DNA from: Tubiluchus corallicola
Lineage: Eukaryota > Animalia > Priapulida
Reading direction: 5' to 3'
NCBI GenBank assembly: GCA_030141605.1
Contig: JAQGDQ010000021.1
Span: 558,001-622,000, forward strand
DNA length: 64,000 nucleotides
Of this stretch, positions 1-14,117 are shown in pieces. The first letter of the stretch is position 1; each line of letters opens with the position of its first letter. The notes beneath the pieces were generated by a model. That model was not told the DNA's origin. It saw nothing but the letters and a program-made list of their open reading frames with translations, and searched no databases. Position numbers and translations under genes: made by a program.

Positions 1-970
1 TAAACCGCGTCTTACTACAAGGATTAAGAAAGTATCATTTTGATTGTTTAGTAATCTTAAGCGATTTTGTTTCAAGAAAGTTGAAGCCATTTGCCTTGCT
101 GTTTGATTAGCTTTGACGAGCTAAAATTTTTCACTGAAGACCAGCGTTTATGTTTGTACAATTATTGTTCGCTGTGGGGAGTGTAGCAAGAGAATATAGA
201 ATTGCTGATGGATTGAAATTTTCTTTCTGAGATAGTCCCAAGACTCTCATCAATATCACGTGAGTGACATTTGTTCCAAACGGTCTTTTGTCAGAACAGG
301 AAATCAAGACGGCTGGGTTACCTCAAATTTTCTTTGTAAAGTTTTTGTGGTGCATTCTCGTATGATGTATACCCACTTTAACAAATGATACATTTTCTGA
401 GTGTATGCTTAGTCTGTACTTTTTCATCGTTTTCCTGACGTTTTGTTAGGTAACACTAGTAACCAACGAAAGCATAGCAATGACCAAAATTCTTCTAATT
501 ACCAAAATTTAAGGGTTTATTACTTGTTTAAGATGGGATTTATGAAAGCCTGCTAAGGGCTTTTATGATCATTTGTTCCCACTAACTACATATATATTAT
601 ATACCGTGTATTTTGCATTTTTTGTTTGTTCTTATATAGCTATCATATTGAATGTTTAGACTGGTCTGAAATGTAACTGAATTATTTCACTGCGAGGATT
701 TAATTCAGTTTTCTTTTGGCATCGCTTCATTGTTCATTTTATTTCCATGGCATTTCATTCGCCATAGTTCAAACTTATTAAAATTATAGTGTTCTGTTTT
801 CTGATCGGCTCTGTCAGTGAGAAAGTCGAAGATAGTTTACTATTGCCAGACTGATTTTCGCGTACAATGTCAGACATAGGAGAATGAAAACCCGATGTAC
901 GTTATTCGTGAAACACTTAAATTAATGACAATAACTTTTCAATCATTTTAACGTGAAGCAGACCGTATAT

Positions 971-3900
971 ATGACATGTGAATGTAATCGTAGTGTCATC
1001 AAAGCAAACAGACAAACTCGTGTAATGAAGGTGCCACATTACGTTCCGTGGCAGCTCAGCGAAGCAGAGGTGCAAAAGGTGCGAACTTACTGGAACATTC
1101 GCAGTGGGCAGCACCTCCACAGCCGCAATTATGTGCCCTGCAAGTGGAGAGCACTTGGGGCGTTTGACGGCAACGACAACGGTTGCTTGCGATGGAATCG
1201 CATCCATGCGAAGCTAGACAACCATCGGTTTCTTAGTAGTGATTCTGACTCAGAAGATGATGATGACGGTGAAGGCAATCGCAATGACGAAGAAGGCAAC
1301 GTATGTATATTAAAGCACTTCTGTTGTAAACATGTAATTATGTACCCTTTAGAAAACTTTATCTAGTACAAGTTTGTTGGCTGAAATAACTTCCTTGTGA
1401 AGAAAGGAGCGTGACGTACATAGAATGTTGGTAGTGCTTAGGTATATTTGTTACTGGGAACCTTTATGTACGTGTATTATTTTATACAAGTCACACGGGT
1501 AGCTTGCATAAATTCCGCCATCCATTTATTTTAATTTGAGATTGTGGAATTTACATTACGCATGGAAGTCACTAGTGGTTAGCCGTTCATATTGTTAACA
1601 TTTTGAGTAAGTAGAGTAGAGAATAATGCGTAATCAGTAATTTAATTAATATTCAAACTGCACAGGAATAATTAACTTATTTTTGCTATATTAGTTTCTT
1701 TGTGCCCATAAATGTTTAAAATGTCTAAGAGAAATGAGCTCTAACGTTGCTTGCATATAAAGCGTGTGTAGTTTTTGCATTTTGGAACTTCGGCTAATAT
1801 ATCAGTTAATAAGCTATACGAGTACACAAATCAGTCATTGGTGTAATTAATTAATTAATTTGTGAACTACTCTTGCAAGTCGCGCAGGTTCCCTGGCGGC
1901 CATACTTTTACGTGTATAATTACTCGATATTTTCGGTAGATTTTTGACCGCACATTTATATATATATATATATATATATACATTTATATATATGTGGCTG
2001 TTCAACTTTTGAAAATTTGTCTGGCTTGTTCGCGCTGACGTTTGGTGAATTTATATGAAGTATGAATTATTTCTAAAATTACTGTTGAAATTTAGCAGTT
2101 GTGCGTACCACGGTGCTGCAGTTCTTCATTTCCTAACTTGACGCCCTTTTACGTGAAACACTGAAGTCACTTGTCATTACTTATCATTGCAACGTCTTGT
2201 CAAAATAGTTGGAATTCAGTGCCTTAGATACACATTGTTATTTATATGGGACGTGTAAGTGCAAATGCTGGAGTTGACTCTCTACTGCATGTAAATACTG
2301 TCTTCGCAAATTGTGTTTCTGTAAATTACTCTCGCTTGCAAGCCTGGGATAATAACCGGCTGGTGGCTTCACATAAAGCAGTGGTTTCATGCTGCATTTC
2401 ATTCTAAGCGTTGATGCAGTGAATGAGATGTGATAACACTTAATGACTATTTGCATGTTTTTCGTACGATGTAGTGCATTGCGCATGTTGGTTCAGATGT
2501 GTAGTTGCATGACCTAAGCTAAGATATGGGGTCTGATGATTTGAGGTGGTTAGTCTACTATAAGGTTTGGGCCCCAGTGGTCTAAGGACTGTCAGACACA
2601 TGGAAGTATATCATTGCATATCATTCAAGACAGCGTCTACAATCTAAAGTATGGTCTATACTCTAAACACCGAGCTTCAGTTTATCAACGTTCTGTACAT
2701 GTTCTATTATTTAGTATCCCAAATGTAATTTTCTTCTAAAGTTGACTTTTGATACGTCCTACAGTAATGCCAGTCAGTTTAGCAATCGTATTGTTTGAAA
2801 CACAAGTTAAGCTTTTATCGAGTATTTTTTAAATATTCAGCCTGTATGATCAAACAAGAATAGTATTTTCATCCTTTGTCCTTCTACTGGCAAAGTATTC
2901 TTTTGCCGAGGGCGGAAGTAATCGCTGAGTGGTCACAGTGCGTGAGTGACTACAATAGTTAGGCAGTGCCGAGTTAAATCATTAAGCGGGTTGGTGACTG
3001 TCGGGATAAATGCTTTTGGGCGGTTTGTTTTACCATGTTCTGTGGTTCTATTTACACTGCGACTCTGTAAATAGCCTCCAATTATTTCTCTCACTGAGGG
3101 AATGCATCCAAATGTGCCTGAGACAATGCACATCTGCTGGTTACATTCCTGTCCCACCACCACAAGTCTTCCTTAAATAGGCCTTGCAATTGAATGTTGG
3201 ATCCCGTGCTTGCAAAGTGCCGAACAGAAAAAACACTCGTAGAAATTTTATGGACAACTGAACATTTTACCTGTTTTATTATGACAGAAAACGATCACAT
3301 TTGCGGCAAAGCTGCTAAAAAAGGAAAAATCGTACCCTAGCGTACAGCCAATTAGTTCCTTAGCAACTGCCAACTGGACCACAATAAGCTTTAAGTGACA
3401 CTCTGTCATTGTATAGGTTTGATACTTTCGCGAAATCCAGTAGAAAATTGTCATTATTCACTATCCTTTGTCAAATCTGAATTAAGCCGTTATTGCGTAC
3501 CGATTTCGGAGAAATGCGAAAGCGAATTTGTCACTACTATCCTTTGTGAAGCGCGTGTTAAGCCATTGTTGTAAGTCTGCTTCCGAGAAAATTTCTCAGA
3601 TAAATCACAAACACAATTTTGTCATTTTTCACTATCAGGCAAGCCATTTTTCCATGTCGTCTATTAGAGTTTGTGCGTATACGGAATAGTCACAGTGATC
3701 AGGTTTTGTTTCATCAGATGCTGTACTTCCCGAGATGGTTGATGCGGAGTTGCGGACCATCCCGGCAACCTATATGCAAAACATGCGGATGGGCCAGCAC
3801 TTGCTGTTCGTAGAGTGGTACACCTGGTATCAACTAACTTTCACGCTTGATGAGGCGACGTCCCGACTGTTTGTATTGAGACTTTTTCTTAATCAGAAGT

Positions 3901-6900
3901 GAGCGCAGGTTTCGCCCAGCCGCATCAGCCACCCGTGGATGATCCACTTACGTTCGTCGCACATTTCAGATGCAAATACTTTTAGATAACCAATGTTCAT
4001 AAGAAGAAATATGGCTTGGATCATTCACGCCTGTCACGTTCCACTTGCTATCGTATTTTTCATCAGCATCATCTACTAGCATTATGAAGTTTCACCTAGT
4101 TCTATCTGATGCTACATTTGTGTTATTGAAATTCTGCAAATTCGTGACAGTTCTGCAAAACGTTAAAAGTGATATCTCCGGATTTTACAAAGTGCGATTG
4201 GTCTTTTCTTTCTATCAAGTGCTTCAGCTGCTTTTGATGCATTTGCTTTCCTGATGGCGCTGACTAACGGAAATAGCGAGAGCTGAACAAGAAATGAACA
4301 ATGACGTGTCTCGGTCAGTAAAACGATTTAAAATAGATGTTTAGGGTTCTTTCAAAGTTACAAATAATTAATTGAGTGAAGTAATAGCGGTACTGAAGCA
4401 GAAATTATCTTAAAATTGAAAGTGCGTCAGTGAAGCACTCGAGAAAGCACATTATAATCCTTGATTTTGACATACTTCCTGCTGTGCTATTTCGTGCATA
4501 ACATGAACTAGAGTCAAAATTTTCAAAATTTAGTTTTTGTCGACTTACAGAAATCTTACCAAGAAGGTTCAGTCAGTTGAGGATATGTGATAAACAACAA
4601 CTGTGTAAAATGAGCAGTGGAATTTGCCCTTGAGACTCAGGTGCAATGGCTTCCCTAAAAGCTTTTAGTGTCCTCTTGCCCTTGCGTGCATAAAATCTTT
4701 TGAAAATACATCCAACTGTTTATAGTCTTTTACAAAACTTCCATTGACTAAGACCAGCTGTTAAACAGTAAGCACACAATATAGCTTATTCTCTGTTTGT
4801 CTCTTAGAAGCTACTATTAAATATCGTTGCGGTCATTAATTCTTGTGTCTGATTTGCATAAGCGGATATTAATCATTGCAAATTTTAGCATTAACTAAAT
4901 GAGCTTTGTTGTAAAGTAACGTAGTTTCTTTCCCGGTTCTGAAACTCTCTTCTTGAGTTTTCAACCTTTCCCATTATAATTATTATATCCTCCAGAATTA
5001 TCCGTACATCCGTTAAATCTATATTCAATATAGAATCGCAATAAAACCTTGTACATTAAGTTCATTTAAATTTACAAGGTACCAAAATGGACATGAAATG
5101 GTTCAAATTGTAATGACTTTATTACCAGAAACATGCGCGTTTGAACATATATACAAAGACACATATCATTTCTGCCAGTTCAAGCACACCTTACAGTTTG
5201 CTGTTTCACGGACCATTCAGAGTTATTGTTTGTAACTTTAACTGGTCAGTTAATGTGATACAGCTCAGATATCTAGATCATTTATTTTGTTTTTCTCTTT
5301 ACAGAACACAGATTCAAGTGTTTTAAGTTTAAGACTTTATTGCAAGGTGCCTAAGTACTGCTGTAAACAACCTCAGGTTGAGAACCCATGTTTTAATGAA
5401 ATATACACAAACAATTGGACACGTTTGCTTTACTTAGTTTCTTACATTTTTGCATTTATATTTCCCATATGATCACATATTTAGCCGCTCGCACGCATTT
5501 AATCTCTGCAGAATTGTACGCAATTATGTTTTACGATATTACAGCTTATTGCAAATTTACGCAGCGCATTTTTGCTTTCCGATATCTTCCTTCTCACAGA
5601 ACATGGAGTCATTATTGCTGGAGCAGTTTCTGAATATGGTCTATAAACCCGAGAAAACTGCTATTAGGGGACACTATAGGACACGCTACAGCGTTAATGT
5701 AAGTGTTATGCTGACATGATAGTATCTTGATTCTGCCGGATTCACTGAGGTTTTTACATTCAGTATGAAATTGGCAACTCTCATGTTGGAGTCCCAACGT
5801 ATTCATTTCTGGCTAACTACATTAACTAATAGCAACTGCAGTACTAAATACTAAGATAAGTGTTCTTCACTCAAAATTAAATGCTCTTTATAATGGTTTA
5901 ATGAGTGACAGTTTTTATATATTCTTTTTGGTTTCTTCTGCACATTGAGTGCAATCATTTCCTAACACTCCACGGCAACTGTAGTAGTAATAATAATTAT
6001 AATGACCTTTATTAAAAAAATCATGAGTCTAACAAGATACAAGCCTAAAGTTTGCGTTTTCATTGAGCAAAACACGCAAATACTTTTAGATGTACTTTTT
6101 CTATTTTTTTAGAAATTCAAAAGAAACTGTGGTAATGTACAATTCAGTTGCCTGGGAAGGCAGATGCCCAGACTCCTAAGTCTATGGAGACTTTGAAAAT
6201 TGAAAAGCGTTCATACAGAGCTGTATAATAAGAATTTTATTTAAGAAATGTACTAATCTTACACAGTTTTATAGTTATTAGTCGAAGCGTTTGACAGGTT
6301 GAATACGTAACAAAGTGATTGTAACCAACTGTGGGTGTAGATTGCTGTTAATCATATATTACGTTTAAATGCGCCATCTAGTTGCCTATGCAACTTTTCG
6401 TGTTTTTAAAGAAATTGATGTTTGTAAGAAACCTAACTGCCGTTTTTCACGACTTTCAATATCACCCATAAAGATGCCACGGATGAATGCCAGAATCGCA
6501 CAGGTATAAAGAATTGAGCAATGAATCTGAGACTTGCGCCCTCACTGAATAGGCCTTGTGACATTATTTCCACATCATGCCGTTTTATGGCTTCTTTTTT
6601 ATGTGTTGCCAGTCCAAGGTTAACTTCGTCTCTGCGTGCCTTTAGATAGATTTCGTGAGCATTTACGAATTTCAGGAAAAGGAGAAGCATCATTACTTTA
6701 GAAGTGTCTATAGATTGCGAAATTTTTTTATGTACATTGAAACTTGAACACAGTACTTGTAGTTTAAAAATACAAAGTAAATCTGTTTGTCTGTTTACAG
6801 GAAGTTCACAGGCGCACATGGCAAAACAATCGGGAGGAAATCCGGCGCAAGCTCGCTATGGGCACGGACTCTGACGAGAATTTCATCAATGGAGAGCGGG

Positions 6901-9900
6901 TCACCAAAAAGCCAAACCTACAGGTAGGTTTCACAAAGCCAGTTGGAGTGTTGAACCCTGGCTAGGGGAGGACGGGAAATATACCACTGGGTGGCTTTCA
7001 TTCTCTGACATTAATCTAATTGTCGAATTGAACCAATTTTCACAAGTCTCAGTAAACTTAGAATATTTTTAAACGATTTTCTTTGTTAGATCTGACTTGG
7101 TGCATCCATTAATATATGCTTATCATTTTTGTCATATCACTGGACTAGACGCTGTTAATTGTTCTTCTGATGGCTTATATCACAGCTTCTCCAAAAATCA
7201 AGACACTTGGCATACAAACTTTGGGTGGCCATTGACACGCATGAGATTTTGATTGGACCACATGCCCGTAATGTTACAGTACCCTTAGTCAAAGTGACTT
7301 TGCGAGTTTCATAAGGCCACTGCTTTCAAAAACCTCTCATGAAAGCAACTTGAACCTTTTTCAATTAATAGAATCCATTTGCAATGCAAATGTGAATGTT
7401 TGCTGTACTATTTCTCATTGAAGCCACTCTGCAACAATGTTGTTGCCTCAGTTTTATTGCCTTCCATTTATTTTAATGAATGATGGTTACCAAAGCTGGA
7501 AGAACTAGAAAAGCTCAGTCGGCTTAAAAGAGAAAATTTTATGAGGCACGTTTAAATAATGCAGCGCTTCTTTATCACTGCTAGCAACATGCAATGGCTG
7601 CCTCAGGGATGTAACTGGAATTAACTGAATGCCTCCTGGGGGTGGAAGTCAAGTAAAGATATTGCAAAGTAAATTTTGAAGCCAAAGAAACGCTTGCATG
7701 CTTTAAATCGTTATTAACAAGTGACGTGAATAGAATAACAAGTAATTAGGAGTTTAAAAGTAATGACTTGACGCGTTAGGAAAAGTCTAATTAAGTACAT
7801 TTGACTTGCAAAATGGAAACCTTCTCCAGTGATGCTGGAAACCACATACGTTGTTGTGCCAATATATTGTAAAAAGTATGAATTATGCACTATAACAGCA
7901 GTTTTTCAAATCTTGTAGTAAGGAAGAGTCAAGACGTACAAATCAGTTTATATTTAGGTTTGTAATTACATTATGCCAAGACAGTATCTTCCTCCATTAC
8001 ATCACTTCGTATTTTGAAACTCAGTACTCATTCTGCTTCATTTTCAAGAAAAGATTGGATTTTCTTCCCTTGTCAGTACTGATTTAGTTCAGTTCATTTT
8101 CACACACTCGCGTCTTACAGTTTCAGGGCAAATAGATATTATTTGGGTTGTTGACCTAGAGTAATAATCACTCAGACATAGTCGGTTCGCTATAGCGAGC
8201 ACTGTCAGTTTAAGTTTAGTTTACAGTAGCTTGCAGGCTGTAATGTGTTTATTTTGTATTGTTGTTTCAATTTTTGGTCTTACATAAATGAAAAGTGCCT
8301 TTATTCGTAGTGATTCTTGAGTATTAAACAGGTATGTCCATAGTTTCACTTTGATTTTGTTTTGTAGACGAGGTTGCAGAGTGGTATGAACTTGCAAATA
8401 TGTTTCATGAACGAGCCAGCACCCTCTGATGATCTCGATGCTGGCGACAGCAACAGTAAGTTACTGAAGAAGAGGGTTCATTATTTTAAGCAATTTTCAG
8501 TAACTTAACAATAAAAAATTCAGCCAGAGCAAAATTTGAACCTATATTCTTTGGCTTGTTTTTAGCTGCTGTCGATATATAAATTCCTTATTACGTATGA
8601 GAAAATAACAAAAGTTACAAGTTACTTTAGAATTCAGAACCTTCGGGTACTTTTTTCGTTAATGCAACAAAAGTCTGCAATGGGTCATTCTTGATTGTGT
8701 GAATAACTGACAAAATCAAATCAGTGGGTAAAGCTGTTTAAATTTACCCTAACCACGACTCAGACAATACGTAATCAAATATTGAACATGTGCGTCTTTC
8801 ACATGTCCTTGATTGAGTTATAAAATTGTCTATTAGTTTGTGTACCTATTAGATTTATGTTATACAGAAATTCATCTCACAAATTAACTTATATTATTAA
8901 ATACAAATGTGTGCATATTTAAAAGTTTTAAACTCTATGGCTTTTGCTTATATTATATGTTGTTGTTGTTCTTCTGAAATTGAGTAGACTAGCAATTTAA
9001 GACTGTTTTCTCTGAAACTTTAGAAAAAGTGTAGAGCCTGCAGGATTTCTGTATCGTTGCACTACCCCTTTATAATTTATCACTGTAATAATTGCAATAT
9101 TCATATGATTTCCGCTATAGGCAGGATATGGGTTATCTCTGAATCTATCACCATAGATGCAACTAGATGTTCATATTCCATTACATCTCTGTCTTGAAGT
9201 ACACATGAAATATAAGCTTTCACACTTAGACATTAGACACAACACCGTGCAAGTGATCAGTTTCCATTTCGCGGCTACTTCAAGTAAACCTGACTAAAAA
9301 ATGAAAAACTAACAGTGCAGTTATTAGCTGCTGCAATTGTTTTTTAATAGAATTAGCATTACATTGTATAAACAAAAATATAAAATTATGCATTTTTCTC
9401 TTGTGAATGTCGCTTATCAACATTGAGATGAGCTTATATGCCATGACATTTGAAACATAATTTAAAGTGCTGTTAAGTTGTCCTTTAATGCGTCCTTTAG
9501 TTTTTTCTATGCCTAATGTATTTCATAGTAACATAAAATTGATGAAATATTACTCTACATTTTATAGGTAAAAGTGATGGAAACAATTCAAAGCTGATTT
9601 ATAGATGCAGCGGCACCATGGAATCACTAATAAAGTCATCCGGCAGGGGTAAGTGCGCAATTACGTGAAATAATTTGTCTAATTTATGCTAATTGCATTC
9701 TTATGACATTGATTAGCGGGCTCACAAGTCTGTAGAATGTATGGATTACAACTAGGTGCAACAGTTTAGTCATTTGTAGCACTTTATTAGTAATATGCTG
9801 GGATTTAAAGTTTACAGCCTTGAAATTTGCAGTTTTACTAAGAATAAATTTGCACGACACTCGTATGATTTTGCTGTCAGCTTATCCTGCAATGTTATTT

Positions 9901-10629
9901 TGCCACCAACCCTTTCCAGAGGTGGACTACTATGAATATCAGTTTCGTAGTTTGTTATCACATGGTCTGGTACTTACCATGCATGCTTTTCATCTTTTCC
10001 CTCTTTGCACCTTGTTTTTGATGCTTACCTGGCTGCATGTATTCTGCATTCAGTGCAATAATTCACAACTGTTCTGACTGACAGTGTTGAGACTTTATTA
10101 TATATATATATTAAAAATGCCAGCAAAAAATGAAATATTGTATTTTGCTTGCCTGGATGGTATTATAAATGATTATTTTGACATTATAGCAAAAATACAG
10201 CAGGAACCAGGTGAAGCTGATGAGGATTTTCTGGCACGCCAATCTCGGTTACAGCAAGAAGCAAAAATGGCCCTTCACCAGGCTTCGTTAATGGCTCGGA
10301 TGCAGATGGAAGTGGAACGGGAGCGACGCAAAAAATCTCCTATTACTGAAATTGTTGGTCTTCCCTTTCCGTTGTCGGGCAAGCGGCGGTTGAGTCGTCA
10401 GATGTTGACGGATATGAACGTGGCTCAGCTGCAGGTCATAGTGAATGATCTGCACACTCAGATTGAAAACCTCAATGGTGATCTAGTCAAGATGCTTGTG
10501 GAGCGGGATGACCTCCACATGGAGCAGGATTCCATGCTCGTCGATATTGAAGATCTCACCCGAAGAGCGAAAGATCAAGCTGAGCGAATGAAACTAAAAC
10601 AGTCTGTGGAAAAACTGAACATAAAGTGA
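971..10629 (+). CDS. SCHIP1: Schwannomin-interacting protein 1 homolog, 5 exons, ~353 aa
   Basis: Exons 971-1300 (start uncertain, ATG 971 or 1025), 6801-6923, 8368-8455, 9568-9648, 10190-10629, all GT-AG and phase-compatible. Family motifs: NNREEIRRKLAMG, KPNLQTRLQSGMNLQICFMNE, LQQEAKMALHQA..MARMQMEVE, LTDMNVAQLQVIVNDLHTQIENLN..LV..LVERDDLHMEQDSMLVDIEDLTR (C-terminal coiled coil). The first exon is linked only by its donor site and phase. Confidence 0.9.
6371..6384 (+). promoter_or_regulatory. CTCF-like motif GCGCCATCTAGTTG in SCHIP1 intron 1
   Basis: Close match to the CTCF core consensus (GCGCCATCTAGTGG). Motif match only. Confidence 0.25.
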
Positions 10630-11568
10630 ATGTGATTGAGCTTAATGTTCACTGGGAAATGACATGTTGTGACATGATGTGCCATTCTGAGTAAATGTGT
10701 TATGATACGACTTGCAATATAAAGCCTTCCTCTTCAGGTTTATGTAGTTTAATTAGTTGTACATGAATTAGTTTTGCAACTATAGAATACTGTTCTTCTG
10801 GATTTTTCTCTTAGATGTCGTCATTTGAAAAGCTTTATTACCTCATGTATTTGGTGCATTTCACATCGTAATTAAGAAATTTAATCAACCTCTACTTGTT
10901 TTTCTTACCTGCATTAACTAAAAATTCAAATGAGTGTAATACAGGTATGAGAATCATTAGATATGATTTGTTGAAGTTCTAGTCATTTATGAACAATAAT
11001 CATTTACTTCACAAAAAAATTTTGACAATCATGAGGTGTAGCATACTGATGCTGTTTGATTATTTAGCACTATTATTAATATTATAAATTGATATAGTTG
11101 GTAGCTGATATTAATACACTTGAAGGTTAGACGATTATCATAGTATAGGCCTATCTTATTAAGTTTGCATTTCCTTCATTTCAATGCCTAAATCTTTTTG
11201 CAAGTAATGCAAAGGACTCATCTGTTTGTACTGAAGATGGAATTGACTATTATTGCAACAGCTTCATTAATGAATTGCTTTCGTAAATCGAGAATATTTG
11301 TCATTTGCTGGTGTATTGATTTCTACGGTTCTTAGTTATGCATACGTAATTGGTACACTTGAACATAATTGTGTGAATGACATGAGGATCTCTCATTACT
11401 CCCTGTGTTTTAAAACACATGCATAACATGAGTGTCTAGCTCACTTTATATGTCATAAGTTGTGAAACTGCGTAAAATCTTCATTGTCTTTATTAAAATA
11501 ATCCGTTATCTAGTGCTTCCTGAATCATAACTGTACTAGGTCTACTGTGCTTATTATGAATTTATTTA

Positions 11569-11725
11569 CAATCAAGCTTTTTTGGACTCCAGAAAAGGTT
11601 GACGTCAAGAGAATTTGGCATTATAACGAAGTGCATTAGTATGTGCATGTCTATGCAAATACAGACATTTTGTTTTGCCAAAATTTGGGCATTATAAAGT
11701 GGCACGTTATAATGAGGTTTGTCTG
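11569..11725. mobile_element. Degenerate Tc1/pogo-type MITE in SCHIP1 3' region
   Basis: Right end CGTTATAATGAGGTTTGTCTG-TA resembles the end of the 31091-31277 element; left end TA-CAATCAAGC is degenerate. Confidence 0.35.
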
Positions 11726-13666
11726 TATCTACAAAAAGTGTGTATCAAATTTTTTTGTATTTCAAATTTTGCCTTTGAGCTAGTAAGCTTATCATCTAAA
11801 AAGTTAGAAAGTCTAACGGAAAATTTAATAAATATTGGTAAATTTGGCAGCGACTACTCTACTTTCATTAACCTATGACAAATGCAAGCAGTCATCCCCC
11901 GATTCATTTCGTAGGCGAGTTGTTATTGCCGGCTAAGCTGTAAACAGCTTATTAGTCTGAGAGTCTGAATCAATAGCTGTATGACTCATCCCGTGGCGGT
12001 GTTTCTCCTTTTGTTTAGTGCACCCAGTGCCATCTAGGTGCGACATCACTAGTTTACAGTTATAATGCACACTGCGACATCTACGCTTGGCATCATTGAT
12101 TAAAAGCAATTTTGAGACTGTGCAGCTGAAATGATAGGGTATCAGGTGTCTGGACCATTTAGAATTACTTTTGCTTGTAATTGCTGTGGCTGTTGCTAAA
12201 GTATTAGATTGATTTAATTAGTAGAAATGGCAAAATGCTTTCAAGTATCATTACAATATATATTGCACATTCATTTATTCTCAGTTGTTGTGAGAGTGAA
12301 TGTTTGTTTTCTCATTATAAATAGCAATGTTGGTTGTGAGATAAGTTTTGCAGTTTGTTTATGTCATGAAGATTTAGTGTAAAAAATGTAGTTCTAGCTT
12401 TTATATGTTGCTGTGTATTTTTACGTTTTTGTGAATACTATTTTTAAATTATTTTTGTGTTCCATCCATTCTGGCATAGGCCTATATATAACTGATATTA
12501 AGTTAAAGTATGTAATATATTAATGTGTATAAAGTATGATTATGTTTATTAATATTAGATTGTTTAGAGCTTTATGTAAATGTTCCACATTTCCAAAGCA
12601 AACACAAAGTTTTATTATGATTGTGATTTTTGATTGTGTCGTATTATTTCAAATTGTAAACTTATGCACATGTTATGCTTTTATCTTGCTGAAACTTACT
12701 TGCTTCCATATGTTTCAGGTGCTAGCAAAATTATGTTGTACATTATTTATTAGTTGCTTTTGATATTTTAATTGTAAAATTGAGTGTGTTCAATGCTTCA
12801 CAATAGTTTGATAACATTCTCATTCATAGACTGAATAGTTTGAACCAATTTTGTAATCATCCATCAATGTTTCTACATGCTCTATTGTGTCCTGGTATGA
12901 TGTCCTAAAATAGTCTTGAATTTTTGTGTGGTGTTGTTAACATAGAATTCGAGTCAAAAAATGTAATGTAATTTCCAAATTTAAGCCAAATTCAGTTTTT
13001 GTAGTTTATCCCAGCAGACAATTTTAAACTGTATGCTTTCTACCATTTTTGGGCAGCTTTTTTATTTTCCTTCTTTAACTACCGTTGCACAAAAGAATTT
13101 AATTTATAATTTGATCTGATATACTTGTTTTTTCGTCTTTTGTTCAAATGAGATTTTTCGTTACGTGTAAGCCTATTTGGCAGAAAAAACAGAATCCTAA
13201 GCTTTACACGGAAGAGTTTGTTGTTAGTAGCAAATCTGACTATTATATGACAAATAGGGAATATTGGCCTAGTACTTTCCCATTACTTTTTACCTAGTCT
13301 AAGTACATTGATCTAATCTGTGTTATACTTCACTTAGTTTACTTTTTATGTATAAACACTGATTTTTTTGATTACTTACGGTACATTAATATACCTAGAG
13401 GTGCAGTTTACCATTGTGTTTTAGGAAAAGATTTTTCTATTTTTAAATTTGTAAAGGCACGGGAGACCTGAAATCGTTCACTTATAAAGTGTTAACGTTT
13501 TACTTGTAGACTATGTAATATCAAATTATTTATTAGTACACTATAGTGGTATTTTTAATTTGGCAGCTGTACATTATGAGTCCACAACTAGTTGTTATAG
13601 AATCCTTATTTTAATAATAGTTATTCTCGTTATATTTACCATTGTACTTATCTTGATAGCCGATTA

Positions 13667-13867
13667 AATAAAATTAGTTGGCAGTTTTATTCGAAATTCT
13701 TTTTTTTTGATGAAAAGTCTGAGTATGTGTGCACTCCAGAAATTATTTAGTAGTGCCAGAAATTATTTGTTCACTGATTTGTTTCAAAGTTGTGTTATTT
13801 GCTAAAAGCTAGATTACTCGACTAAGTGGATTAGTCGGTTGATTGATATTGGTTGCTAGCAAATAAA
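13667..13867 (+). terminator. Candidate SCHIP1 polyadenylation signals
   Basis: AATAAA at 13667-13672 and 13862-13867, near the end of the T-rich tract that follows the SCHIP1 stop. Confidence 0.35.
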
Positions 13868-14111
13868 TGTTGAATAGTTATTTGAGTAACTAATTAGTCA
13901 TTCAATTTATCACATTTAGATGTAGTGGCATGTGAATATGTTTTGGCTCTTCCACTGTGCAGGTAGTTGATAGCAGAATAACCAATCTGGATGAGAAATG
14001 AGAGACACAGGTAGTGACAGATTGATTGTTTATCTGGTTCCAAGCGTTTTTGGCTTTATGAGTGCCCAATATAAAAAGCAAGACAGTGAGTTACAATAAT
14101 TAATACAATTA

Positions 14112-14117
14112 TTTATT
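14112..14117 (-). terminator. Candidate distal NXF1 polyadenylation signal
   Basis: TTTATT (AATAAA on - strand) at the point where the + strand switches from T-rich to A-rich. Other copies lie at 14381, 15441 and 15631. Confidence 0.35.

Noticed and set aside
6113-6200. Acceptor-like site and possible extra SCHIP1 exon
   Set aside because: All three frames reach stops within about 30 codons, and there is no SCHIP1 similarity.
10084-10189. 5' part of the 181-aa ORF as a SCHIP1 N-terminus
   Set aside because: Intronic; the acceptor is at 10189/10190 and conserved upstream exons splice in frame.
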